A DNA stretch of 64,000 bases from Candidatus Spongiisociaceae bacterium (GTDB lineage: Bacteria; Actinomycetota; Acidimicrobiia; Spongiisociales; Spongiisociaceae), in NCBI GenBank assembly GCA_965219685.1, contig CBDCOH010000002.1, positions 2,368,001-2,432,000 of the forward strand. Direction: 5' to 3'. Shown piece by piece: positions 49,103-58,444 of the stretch. The position numbers and the translations under genes are program-made. Numbering within the stretch: the first letter of the stretch is position 1; every line of letters begins with the position of its first letter. Under the pieces are notes generated by a model. That model searched no databases and was not told the DNA's origin. It worked only from the letters and a program-made list of their open reading frames with translations.

Positions 49103-51352
49103 ATGGCGGCAGACAACACCCGAGGTAACGACGGTCTTTCGAGACGCCGTTTCCTGAAGCTGGCAGGTGGAAGCGTAGGGGGCGCCATCGTGATCGCTGC
49201 CTGCGGAGCGGACGAGACGGATCCGGCGCCCCAGACCACCGCCGCCGCCACGCCCACGAGCGCGGCCCCGGAGACGACCCAGGCGGCCACCACGGAGACA
49301 ACCGCAGCCGCCGCCGCGGACGGAACCACCACCACGGCCGCTGCCGGCGAGGCACCCGCGACCACAGCCGCGGCAGTCGTAGAGGAAACGACTACCACTA
49401 CCCGCGCTATCGAGCGGGGTTTGCCCGAGATCGAGGGTCACATCGTGATCACCGATCCTGCCCGGTATCCCACGAGCTTCAACGAGTCGCCGGAGATGGC
49501 GGCCCGGGTGGCGGCGGGCGAGCTCCCACCGGTTGGCGAGCGTGTGCCCAAGAATCCCTTGGTGGTCGAGCCGGTTCACGAGATCGGCAGCTACGGAGGG
49601 CGTGAGTTGCGCCGCGGCTACATATCCACGGTCAACGACCGCCAGAACGCCAACCGGTTCAACGGTGGCCCCGACAACCTCATCTACTGGGACTACCTGC
49701 ACAAGGAGCTCATCCCCAATGTCGCGGCCGGCTTCGAGGTCAACGCCGATGCCACCGTCCTTACGATCTACCTGCGCGAAGGGATGAAGTGGTCCGACGG
49801 GGCGTCGTTCACGGCCGACGACATCGTCTGGTGGCGGGACCACATGAGCCTGAACTCCAATGTGACCAACCCCCCTGGCCAGTTGCGCGTCGGTGGAGAG
49901 CATATGGCCGTGGAGAAGGTAGACGACTACACGGTCACGTTTACGTCGGTCGCGCCGTATCCGCTGCTTCCCCAAATTATGGCTGGGTGGGGATCCATCA
50001 ACGGTCAGAGCATCACCGGCCAGTTCGGACTCGGAGGGTACGCACCGGCCCACTACCTGCAGCAGTTCCACGCCGACTTCAATGCTGACGCCGACCAGAT
50101 GGCCAAGGACGCCGGCCAGGAGAACTGGGGCGCCTACCTCAAGAACCGCAACACCTGGCAGTTGAATCCAGAACTCCCGACCGTGACGCCCTGGGTGATG
50201 ACCCGGCCCATCAACGACCCGCCATGGGAGTTCGAGGCCAACCCGTACAGCATCTGGGTGGACACGGCCGGCAACCAGCTGCCCTACATCCACAAGATAA
50301 GCATGGCCGGCGCCGAGGACCGGGAAGTACTGGTGCTCAACGCGGTCGCCGGAGAGTACGACTTCCAGGACCGCCATCTACAGGTGGCGAGCCTTCCGGT
50401 GTTGCTCGAGAACCAGGAGCGGAGCGGGTACACCATCCACCGGACCCCCGGTGAGGAATCCGACTTCGGGGTGCGGATCAACCTTGCCTACAACACGGAC
50501 CCGGTCATCGGCGAGTTGATCCGGACCGCCGACTTCAGAAGAGCCCTGTCGATGGGAATCGACCGGGACGAAATCAACGAGGCGATCTTCCTGGGGACGA
50601 GCCAGCCCACCTCACCGGCTCCCTCACCCAACAACGCGTACTATCCCGGCCCCGAGTGGACCACCAGGTGGGCGACCCTGGATGTCGGTGCGGCCAACGC
50701 GTTGCTGGACGGGATCGGCTTGACGGAGAAGGACGGCGACGGCTTCCGGCTGCGTCCCGATGGGAGCGGCGACCGGCTCGTGCTGGTGTACGAGGCTCCG
50801 GCGAGCTTCGCCGACTTCCCCGCAGCCGGCCAGTTGATCCGTGAGCATTGGAAGGAAATCGGTATCGACCTGAGTGCCGGCCCCGCCGTCACGGGCGGTC
50901 TGCTGGTGGAGAAGGCCGAGGCCAACGAGATCATGCTCTCCGGTCACGTGGTCTCGTCCCCCGATCCGTTCCGGCAGCAGGACCTGATCATGCCGACCCG
51001 GACCAACAACTATCCGGGCCTCATCGGGATCCCCTACGCCAGGTGGCGTGCCACCGACGGCGCCGAAGGTGCCGAACCGCCCGATCAACTGATGATCAAG
51101 GAGGGTTGGGCCCTGCTCGATGAGGGTCTGGTGGCCACGGACGAGGCGGAGCGGATCCGTATCGGCCAGGAGATCTACAAGCTCCACGTCGATCAGGTCT
51201 GGTCCATCGGCGTGGTCGGCTTCGGCATGGCGATCTACGGGATGTACCTGTCCAACAACAACCTGGGCAACGTCCCGAACCGGATCCTCAACACGCTGGA
51301 CCAGCGCTCCCCTTCCAACGCCCTCCCACCCGGCTTCTACTGGAAGTCCTGA
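49103..51352 (+). CDS. Family 5 ABC substrate-binding Tat lipoprotein
   Basis: SRRRFLK Tat motif, IAAC lipobox, Thr/Ala linker, LPPVGERVP, LREGMKWSDG..FTADD, GNQLPYI. Confidence 0.95.
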   Translation: MAADNTRGNDGLSRRRFLKLAGGSVGGAIVIAACGADETDPAPQTTAAATPTSAAPETTQAATTETTAAAAADGTTTTAAAGEAPATTAAAVVEETTTTTRAIERGLPEIEGHIVITDPARYPTSFNESPEMAARVAAGELPPVGERVPKNPLVVEPVHEIGSYGGRELRRGYISTVNDRQNANRFNGGPDNLIYWDYLHKELIPNVAAGFEVNADATVLTIYLREGMKWSDGASFTADDIVWWRDHMSLNSNVTNPPGQLRVGGEHMAVEKVDDYTVTFTSVAPYPLLPQIMAGWGSINGQSITGQFGLGGYAPAHYLQQFHADFNADADQMAKDAGQENWGAYLKNRNTWQLNPELPTVTPWVMTRPINDPPWEFEANPYSIWVDTAGNQLPYIHKISMAGAEDREVLVLNAVAGEYDFQDRHLQVASLPVLLENQERSGYTIHRTPGEESDFGVRINLAYNTDPVIGELIRTADFRRALSMGIDRDEINEAIFLGTSQPTSPAPSPNNAYYPGPEWTTRWATLDVGAANALLDGIGLTEKDGDGFRLRPDGSGDRLVLVYEAPASFADFPAAGQLIREHWKEIGIDLSAGPAVTGGLLVEKAEANEIMLSGHVVSSPDPFRQQDLIMPTRTNNYPGLIGIPYARWRATDGAEGAEPPDQLMIKEGWALLDEGLVATDEAERIRIGQEIYKLHVDQVWSIGVVGFGMAIYGMYLSNNNLGNVPNRILNTLDQRSPSNALPPGFYWKS

Positions 51353-51361
51353 CACCGACAA

Positions 51362-51401
51362 CGCAGGCGAGGGTGGCCCGCTCGGGCCACCCTCGCCTGC
51401 G
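51362..51401 (+). terminator. Long GC-rich hairpin after the SBP gene
   Basis: CGCAGGCGAGGGTGGCCCG / CGGGCCACCCTCGCCTGCG is a 19-bp perfect inverted repeat; no U-tract. Confidence 0.8.
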
Positions 51402-51479
51402 CACCGGATCCAACCACCATCCCGACGCCGACGCCTCATCCCACCACGAACACGAACCGGCGGCCACCAACCACCCGAA

Positions 51480-51540
51480 CTGACACCAACTACCAATCAC
51501 TAACTATCGTCTACCAACTACCGACTAGGAACTAGTCCCC
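51480..51540. repeat. Degenerate heptamer repeat (consensus CAACTAC)
   Basis: caactac-caatcac-taactat-cgtctac-caactac-cgactag-gaactag. Confidence 0.7.
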
Positions 51541-51725
51541 TAGGAGGGAAGAGGGCGCCGGCGGCGCTCGATGCGCCCGATGACGGCCATCCACAATCCC
51601 GATCCGATGACCAGCGCGGCGCCGAACGCGGCTTGGCCCCAGGTGCGCCAGATGAGCGCGAAGAACAGCAACACGATACCCAGTCCCATCGGTAGCAGGG
51701 CTATCAACTTGACCAGCTTCAGCAC
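51540..51725 (-). CDS. Small two-TM membrane protein
   Basis: GAGGAGG RBS, two hydrophobic helices, basic tail. Confidence 0.7.
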   Translation of the reverse strand: MLKLVKLIALLPMGLGIVLLFFALIWRTWGQAAFGAALVIGSGLWMAVIGRIERRRRPLPS

Positions 51726-51726
51726 G

Positions 51727-52362
51727 CTACCTCCTCCTCAACACGAGGTCACCCTTCTGAACCGCCGCGTAGTCAGGCACGCGGCTCGTCCCCATGGAAT
51801 AGCCCCGCATGCCGGCTCTCAGAAACCTCTGCGCCCGTACCACGCCACGAGCGGGCGCGCCGGGATCTCTCAGCAGGAACTTGCTGAACGGAACGCAGGG
51901 GTTGAGAACATCGGGAGGATCCAGTTCCAGTTCTCCGCCAGAGGTGCGGATGACAAAGCCTTTGGAGACATCCTCGTGATACAAGCGCTCCTCGGTGTCG
52001 ACGACGATGTTCTCACCCGCCGCGCCCAAGGGAGCCCATCCGAACTCGCCCTCGATCAGCTTGTAGTGCCTCGTGAAGCCGATGCTCAGGATCCGGCGAG
52101 GACGATGCTCGTGCACCTCCGCGGGATGCCCCGAGTGATGGCGATCGAGCACCCAGCCGCCGTCGACCTCGGCGATGACCCCGGCCCTACCTACCTTCAA
52201 GGACTCCACCGGGATCAACGAGGTGGTCCTGTAGACCTTGCCCTCGTGGGTGACCACGTTGAGCTTCTGCTTCTGGATCTGGAGAAGGACCACCAGCCCG
52301 ACCGGGACCAGCCGACTATCCGGGGTCGGGTCCGCTTCCGGACCCTCGGTTACGTTGCTCAA
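51727..52362 (-). CDS. MOSC-domain-like protein
   Basis: AGENIVV, PC..F, G.RG, V..GD.V motifs. Confidence 0.7.
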   Translation of the reverse strand: MSNVTEGPEADPTPDSRLVPVGLVVLLQIQKQKLNVVTHEGKVYRTTSLIPVESLKVGRAGVIAEVDGGWVLDRHHSGHPAEVHEHRPRRILSIGFTRHYKLIEGEFGWAPLGAAGENIVVDTEERLYHEDVSKGFVIRTSGGELELDPPDVLNPCVPFSKFLLRDPGAPARGVVRAQRFLRAGMRGYSMGTSRVPDYAAVQKGDLVLRRR

Positions 52363-53429
52363 GCCACCGCCTCCCGGATTTCCTCAGGGGTCATACCATC
52401 AATCCCCATGTCCTCCAGCGAGCGACCTTCACTCCGGTAGTCCCTTCCCGTGGCGGCCCCCGCCAGAGTGATGACCGCGTCGATCACCGGAGTGCGGACA
52501 CCGACCAGCCGGGCCATCCGGGTCATCGGAACCAAGCCCAGCGGCACGTCCTCGGTGACGTAACGGCCCCGCATCCCGTCCGGGACGGAGATACCCCTCA
52601 TGATGTTCGATGCCAACTTCCTCTCCACCTCCATGGCGTCGGACCCGACGATACCGTAGGAGCGCTGCAGCCAGGCCTGATGGCTCCTCACCGGGACCCC
52701 GAGCGCCAGGCCGGCCTCCATCCTCTCGGCATCCAACGCCTCCATGGCACGGACGACCGACGGCGTCAACCCGTCGGCGTAGAAGTCGAAGAGGCCCCCG
52801 TCCATGGAACCGGCGTTGAGCACCGCCACGACCGGGTGCGCCACCGGGTTCATGTTGTCGAAGCTCGTCTCCAGGACGGAGCCGGCCGCCTCGACATCCG
52901 GGAAGGCATGAGCGAGCAGTTCGAGCACTTCCGGGGTCTTCGAGGCACCCAAGGCCGCGACCGAGAAGACCTTCTTGACCCCGCCCACATGCACCGTCCC
53001 CGGCTCCACCACCCGGCACGCGTAGGCGAGGGTGTTGGTCTCGGCCAGGCGAACGCTGGACGGAACTCCGATGTCCGACCAGGTCCTCCCCACCTCCAAG
53101 GCTCCTCCGAATCCGCCCGGGTGGAGCACCACCGTCTCGCCTCCGTCGAGGACCGCCGCCAGTTCGGTCGCTATGTACCGGTGCGCGAAGCCGGGGACAG
53201 ACACGAGGATCAGGTCGGCGCCCGAGATGGCCCTGCCCATGTCGGTGGTGGCCATCTCGATGGGACCGGTCTCCTCGATCGCTCCGCTCGCCCGGACCCT
53301 GCCCAGCGAGGAGAGCGGCCCGACTACGTCGGAGAAACGATCGTAAAGCCTCACCGAGTGACCGGCGTATCCGAGGCGTGCGGCAGTGGACTGGCCACCG
53401 TTACCGGATCCGAGAATCGCTACCCGCAT
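52359..53429 (-). CDS. NAD(P)-dependent opine (octopine/nopaline-type) dehydrogenase
   Basis: GSGNGG, ET.TL.YACR, N.NPV.HP, LD.ER, RYVTEDVP.GLVP. Confidence 0.92.
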   Translation of the reverse strand: MRVAILGSGNGGQSTAARLGYAGHSVRLYDRFSDVVGPLSSLGRVRASGAIEETGPIEMATTDMGRAISGADLILVSVPGFAHRYIATELAAVLDGGETVVLHPGGFGGALEVGRTWSDIGVPSSVRLAETNTLAYACRVVEPGTVHVGGVKKVFSVAALGASKTPEVLELLAHAFPDVEAAGSVLETSFDNMNPVAHPVVAVLNAGSMDGGLFDFYADGLTPSVVRAMEALDAERMEAGLALGVPVRSHQAWLQRSYGIVGSDAMEVERKLASNIMRGISVPDGMRGRYVTEDVPLGLVPMTRMARLVGVRTPVIDAVITLAGAATGRDYRSEGRSLEDMGIDGMTPEEIREAVA

Positions 53430-56161
53430 ACGTCCACCATAACTTTCAGGAGGGTCGAGGCATCGTGCACCGTTTCCAGCCTGTCGACCAGATCCAGAAC
53501 CTCCGCGACCCGACCCCGGGAACCGGCAGGCAAGGCGGCCTCCAACGAGACTCGCCGGCTCGCGCGATATGTCGGCAGGACCGAGAGCCCCCCTTGAAGT
53601 CTCTCAACCCGGCCGGAACTCGTGGTCACCGTCACCCTGGCGGAATATGGATCGTCGAAGTGCCGGTAGTTAAGTCTTACACCCGCCGGCAGAGGCGACC
53701 TCGCGGCGGCCGAACCCGGCCCCATAACCACTTCTGCCGGTTGCCTCCCCTCCATCAGCCGCGCGACCTTCAGGCGCAGCACGTCGGCCTGGGACATCCG
53801 GCGATCGAAGCCCGGGAGGCTGCACCGGGCGGAGGCGTCCCAGCGCCTGCGAATCTCGGGGAGCGAGACCTCCGCCGCAACGGGTCTCTCCTTCTCGGTC
53901 GCCAGCATGGCCGACAAGCGGCCGGCCAGTTCGATGGGGACGAGGTGGTTGTGATCGACGGAGTGCCGGCTGACGATGGCCTCGTCGAGTCCGAACCTGG
54001 CGCCCAGTCGCGACAGCGCCTCGTCCAGGCCTGCCGGAACCGAACCCAGAGTCGACCTGTACAAGCCGAACTCACCCTCGATCATCAGGTCGGCGGCCGG
54101 GAACCCCGCCTCGGCGAGGAGCGCAGCGAAGACACCGTTGCGAGCCAGTTGTGCATTGACGACTGCTTCCTCCTCGACTCCCTCGATCAGTCCCATGGTC
54201 AGGTGACAGGCCTGTCCCATGGCGTCGGCTGTGAGTTTCTCGTCCAGTCCGAGCAGGCGGGCCGCCATACAGGCAACCGCTACTGGCCCGAACACGCAAT
54301 CAGCCCGGCGGGCCGTCGCGGTCCCCCACGCCCAGGTGCCGGCGGACAGCGCGAGGGCGACGTCGTAGCCGATGGCGATGGCCACCAGCAGTTCCCTCCC
54401 CGGGACGTTCCGGTCCTCGCTCAGTGCCAGCGCGACTGGAATGGTCATGGCCCCCGGACGGAGACCCCCGGCCATACTGTCCTGCCAACCCCGGGCCTGC
54501 ATGCTCAGCGAATTCGCAAACACCGCGTCCAGGAGGCGGAGAGTGGGACGCTGGCCTATGAAGGAATACCTGCCGGGTCTCCCGGTCCGTGGATCAGCCG
54601 CGGACGACCGACCCTGCAACGCCAGCGCGAGATGGTGGACGAGTAGATCCTTGCCCCGGTCAATGACCGCAGGAGGGAAATCCCGGTACCTGGCTCCGGC
54701 CGTGTAGGCGGCTATCCGCTGGGAAGCCGTCCGGCCCGGGACACGATCAAGACCCCAGAAGACCCCTGGCGCCGGATCGGCTCGGGTGGCGAACCGGTCA
54801 AGCGCAGTCCACAGGCCGGCGGCACCGTGCGACTCCTCGAGCCCCTCAACCGAGGTCACCAGGTGTTCGATCGCGGGCGAAGGGGCTGCCGGGAGGAGAT
54901 CGGCCAACCATTCCCTGTGGTCCATGGGAGGGGTCGGGGAAGCGGCATGACTCTCCCGGACATGCCGCCGGCCGTTGGTGGTGACAACCGTTAGGCGAGC
55001 CGAGCGTAGAGGCAACCCGTGCACGTAGTCCAAGGATGTCCGATCGACCAGATCCAGGAATCCCGCGGGCATGTCCTCGCGGTACCGGGCCGGATTCAGT
55101 TCCCCATCCCACAGCCACGCGGCCACCAGGAACCGGGGAGACGCGTAACGGCTGATATACCGGCGTTCACCGGCGTCCCGGTACCGGCGGAAGTTGCGGT
55201 CGAAGTCCTCCTCGCGAGGCCGACGCTCTTCGGGAAGCGTGAGGTGGATCAAGGCGACGTCGGGCACGGTTATCCCAGTGGTCCGGATCAGGTCGTCCAT
55301 CAACTCGACCGGCACGACGTTGAAACCGCTGCACCGGTAACGCTTCCGGAATGCGTGCGAGATCCCGAAGTCCGTTCCCAACCCGTCCATTGCCGAGACG
55401 ACCTCTCCGGGAACCTCTCCCAGGTAGGTCTCGTACAGACCGAAAGGACCCTCGAGAATCGATGGAGTGGATCGGACCCCGGCCGAAGCCAGCAGAGCAG
55501 CCTCAACCCCGTTGCGCGTGATCTGCGGATAGAGGACCCGAGCGAACGGAGTCCCCTCGATGAGGCCGACCGCACCGTTGGCCGCCAGTCCCAGCGCGTG
55601 AGCCGTCCGATCCGCACCGAACCCCAGTAGGCGCGACGCTACCGCCGCCACGCCCACCGGACCCACCACGCAACCGGAACGGCGGGGCGTGCTAACCCCC
55701 CAGGTCCAGGTGCCCCGGGCAAGGGCCACAAGGAGGTCATACCCGACCGCCACGGCTGACAGAAACTCCCGACCGGTGATGGGTCTCGTCTCGGCGAGCG
55801 CCAGGACGGTGGGGAAGACCAGCACGCCCGGGTGGGTGCCCCCCAGGGCCGCGTCGTCCAACGCATCCTCGCCCATGAGCAACGAATTGACGAACACCGC
55901 CTCGAGCAACCCGTACCTGCCCCTTGCGCCCAGAACCCTGTGTCGCCCCCCTCCATCCGATAGCCTTCCGGCCAGAGACCGTGCCCTCCCCGCGCTCGGG
56001 TTTCCGGTGGCGGCCAGAGCAAGACCGACATGGTGCACCAGGTGATCCTTGGCGAGCCCGACCACGTCGGGGGGGATCGCCTCGAACGGGAGTCCCGACA
56101 CGTGGCTCGCCAACCTTCGGGTTAGAGAGACGGCTGGTTCACCGGCGGTCGGCATCGACAT
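53420..56161 (-). CDS. Tandem two-domain MmgE/PrpD protein (~913 aa)
   Basis: Two complete repeats (AKDHLVHH...DD...HPG...EG.FGLY and GKDLLVHH...QD...RPG...EGEFGLY); start ATG 56161 or 56155. Confidence 0.88.
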   Translation of the reverse strand: MSMPTAGEPAVSLTRRLASHVSGLPFEAIPPDVVGLAKDHLVHHVGLALAATGNPSAGRARSLAGRLSDGGGRHRVLGARGRYGLLEAVFVNSLLMGEDALDDAALGGTHPGVLVFPTVLALAETRPITGREFLSAVAVGYDLLVALARGTWTWGVSTPRRSGCVVGPVGVAAVASRLLGFGADRTAHALGLAANGAVGLIEGTPFARVLYPQITRNGVEAALLASAGVRSTPSILEGPFGLYETYLGEVPGEVVSAMDGLGTDFGISHAFRKRYRCSGFNVVPVELMDDLIRTTGITVPDVALIHLTLPEERRPREEDFDRNFRRYRDAGERRYISRYASPRFLVAAWLWDGELNPARYREDMPAGFLDLVDRTSLDYVHGLPLRSARLTVVTTNGRRHVRESHAASPTPPMDHREWLADLLPAAPSPAIEHLVTSVEGLEESHGAAGLWTALDRFATRADPAPGVFWGLDRVPGRTASQRIAAYTAGARYRDFPPAVIDRGKDLLVHHLALALQGRSSAADPRTGRPGRYSFIGQRPTLRLLDAVFANSLSMQARGWQDSMAGGLRPGAMTIPVALALSEDRNVPGRELLVAIAIGYDVALALSAGTWAWGTATARRADCVFGPVAVACMAARLLGLDEKLTADAMGQACHLTMGLIEGVEEEAVVNAQLARNGVFAALLAEAGFPAADLMIEGEFGLYRSTLGSVPAGLDEALSRLGARFGLDEAIVSRHSVDHNHLVPIELAGRLSAMLATEKERPVAAEVSLPEIRRRWDASARCSLPGFDRRMSQADVLRLKVARLMEGRQPAEVVMGPGSAAARSPLPAGVRLNYRHFDDPYSARVTVTTSSGRVERLQGGLSVLPTYRASRRVSLEAALPAGSRGRVAEVLDLVDRLETVHDASTLLKVMVDVCG

Positions 56162-56189
56162 CGGACTACGATATCGGTTGCCGAGATCA
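56156..56189. promoter_or_regulatory. Operator-like motif, copy 5: CGACATCG-gacta-CGATATCG-gttgc-CGAGATCA
   Basis: In the short gap between the divergent MmgE/PrpD genes; overlaps the leftward start codon and TACGAT. Confidence 0.82.
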
Positions 56190-56237
56190 CGGTCAATCGA
56201 CCCGAGTCGTCGCCATCGGCAAGGAGGCCGGCCAAGC

Positions 56238-57584
56238 ATGCCCTCAAGCGGTCCATCGGTAAGCGAGAGACTGGCCCGCCATGTCGTCTCGCTGCGTTTC
56301 GATGATCTGCCCACCGAGATCGTGGAACGCGCCAAGGACCACCTGGTGCACCATGTGGGTCTCGGAATACAGGGCCGGAACAGTGAGTACGGGAAGAAGG
56401 CGCGCCGAAACGCGGCCCGGCTCAGCGCGACCGGCGGGCGGTTCTCGGCCATCGGCGAGAAGCCGGCCCTAGGACTGCTCGACGCGGTGTTCGTGAACTG
56501 CCTCTACATGCACCACAGCGGCCAGGACGATTCGGAGTCTGCCGGCACCCATCCCGGGGTCCTCGTGTACCCGGCGGCTCTGAACCTCTCGCAGGACCGC
56601 ACCGTCAGCGGGAAGGAGTTCCTGGTGGCTTGCGTGATCGGCTACGACGTGTCGATGGTCCTGAGCGCCGGAACTTGGGCATGGACCGCCCCCGCGCCCA
56701 GGAGAAGCAATGCGATCTTCGGGCCGGTCGCGGTCGCCGCCACCGCCGCCCGCCTGCTCGGCCTTTCCGAGTCACAGACCGTGGATGCGCTGGGCCAGGC
56801 CTGCCATGGAGCGCTGGGTCTGATCGAAGGAACCCGGTTCATATGGGTGGTGTATCCGTGGGAGTGCCGGGCGGGAGTGTTCGCCGCCACCCTCGCCGAG
56901 TCGGGCCTCCGGGCCGCGCCGAGCATGATCGAAGGCGACTTCGGCCTTTACCGGACGCTGCTCCAGGAGGTCCCGTCCGGCATCGACGAGAACCTCGCCA
57001 CTCTGGGCTCCTACTTCCGCATCGTGGAAGCGCGAGTCAAGAAGTACAGCGCCAGCAACCTGAACGCTGGCATCCTCGACGCGACGAAGAGGGTGTGCGA
57101 GGCGAAGTCGATCCGGCCGGAGCATGTGGAGTCGATCCTGATCGAACTGCCCGACAGCCGCAGGATACGGGAGAAGCGCATGGAGGAGAACTTCTCCAGG
57201 TACGTGGATCTCGCCTCGCGGTGCGGCTCGCTGCGCTTCCTGACGGCGTTGATCCTCCGCGACGGCGACCTCGACAGCCGGATCTACACCGACCCCATCC
57301 CCGAGGACCTCCGGGCGCTGATCGACTCGATCTCCCTGCGCTTCCTGGACGAGGCACCGTCCAATTACTACGGGAGGGTCACCATACGGACCACCGACGG
57401 CGGGGCGGAAAGGGTCGAGTACGGGCGCGACGGCGTCGACTATCCGGAAGTGGACCGGGAGGGATGGATGTCCAGGTGCGTGGGCGACGATCCCTCGGTC
57501 GACGTTGATCGTCTCCTGCAGATCGTCAGCGAACTGGAGCAGCTACCCGACGCATCGGTCCTCCTCGAAGCCCTCTCGGGCTGA
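56238..57584 (+). CDS. MmgE/PrpD family protein (divergent)
   Basis: L.FDDLP..IVERAKDHL, QDD...HPG, EGDFGLY, KKY; AAGGAGG RBS. Confidence 0.9.
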   Translation: MPSSGPSVSERLARHVVSLRFDDLPTEIVERAKDHLVHHVGLGIQGRNSEYGKKARRNAARLSATGGRFSAIGEKPALGLLDAVFVNCLYMHHSGQDDSESAGTHPGVLVYPAALNLSQDRTVSGKEFLVACVIGYDVSMVLSAGTWAWTAPAPRRSNAIFGPVAVAATAARLLGLSESQTVDALGQACHGALGLIEGTRFIWVVYPWECRAGVFAATLAESGLRAAPSMIEGDFGLYRTLLQEVPSGIDENLATLGSYFRIVEARVKKYSASNLNAGILDATKRVCEAKSIRPEHVESILIELPDSRRIREKRMEENFSRYVDLASRCGSLRFLTALILRDGDLDSRIYTDPIPEDLRALIDSISLRFLDEAPSNYYGRVTIRTTDGGAERVEYGRDGVDYPEVDREGWMSRCVGDDPSVDVDRLLQIVSELEQLPDASVLLEALSG

Positions 57585-57708
57585 TGGTGCGTACGAGGAT
57601 GGTCCTGCATGCCTGGGAGAGCGTTCCGAAAGGAACCGGGATGGATCGAACGGGACTCTTGATCCGGGTTACGACCGGCGCCACGGCCCCGGTGACAGGA
57701 CGGACATC

Positions 57709-58440
57709 ATGACCGGCGCCCGAGGTGGAAGGACCGTCTACGGGCTGGCGCTCGGCGTCATCATGCTCGACACCAAGTTCCCGCGCCTCCGGGGCGATGT
57801 CGGCAATGCCCGCACCTGGCCCTTCCCCGTTCGTTACCGGATCGTGGAGGGGGCCATCCCCGAGCGTATGGCCCAGGCCGATCCCGATCCCGAGTTACTG
57901 GCTCCCTTCTTGGATGCCGCCCGTGCGCTGGAGTCGGAAGGCGTGCGAGCCATCTGCACCAGCTGCGGGTTCCTGGCGGTCAACCAGCCGGAGTTGGCGT
58001 CGGCCGTGGAGGTACCGGTCTTCTCGTCGCCGCTCCTCCAGGTTCCGATGGCGGCCGCCGCGGCGGGGGGCAGGAAGGTGGTGATCCTGACCGCCCGGAC
58101 CGTGCTCACCGAACAGCACTACCGGGGAGCGGGCTGGTCCTCGCAGGATTTGTCCGTGGTCCAGATGGCGCCCCCCGAGGACAGCCACTTCTACACCACC
58201 TTCGTGGGTAACTCGCCCGAGGCGGACAGCCGGATACTCGAGCGGGAACTTGCCGACCTGGCCAGGAGGGTCGTCTCCGAACACCCCGACGCCGGGGCGA
58301 TCGTGATGGAGTGCGCCAACTTCCCGCCGTTCGGCCAGATCGTCCGGTCGATCACCGGCCTGCCGGTCTTCGACCTGTACACGATGGGGATGTACGCCTA
58401 CCTGGCGAGTTCCGGGACCGAGTTCCCGCGAACCCTGTAA
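57709..58440 (+). CDS. Asp/Glu/hydantoin racemase superfamily protein
   Basis: LDT.FPR..GD.GN..T.PFPV, TSCGF and MECANF (two catalytic Cys). Confidence 0.9.
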   Translation: MTGARGGRTVYGLALGVIMLDTKFPRLRGDVGNARTWPFPVRYRIVEGAIPERMAQADPDPELLAPFLDAARALESEGVRAICTSCGFLAVNQPELASAVEVPVFSSPLLQVPMAAAAAGGRKVVILTARTVLTEQHYRGAGWSSQDLSVVQMAPPEDSHFYTTFVGNSPEADSRILERELADLARRVVSEHPDAGAIVMECANFPPFGQIVRSITGLPVFDLYTMGMYAYLASSGTEFPRTL

Positions 58441-58444
58441 CCCG

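Noticed and set aside
52359-53429. Staphylopine/pseudopaline biosynthesis (CntM)
   Set aside because: No nicotianamine-synthase-like CntL in the window; the protein looks like a classical ~360-aa opine dehydrogenase.
56162-56452. N-terminal extension of the 1010-aa ORF (likewise the long N-termini of ORFs 37242, 56049, 59650-61023 and 60932)
   Set aside because: These run over divergent promoters or opposite genes; family similarity and RBS placement favour later starts.
37395-57584. Calling the MmgE/PrpD genes prpD (methylcitrate cycle)
   Set aside because: No prpB or prpC nearby, and the active-site motifs diverge.
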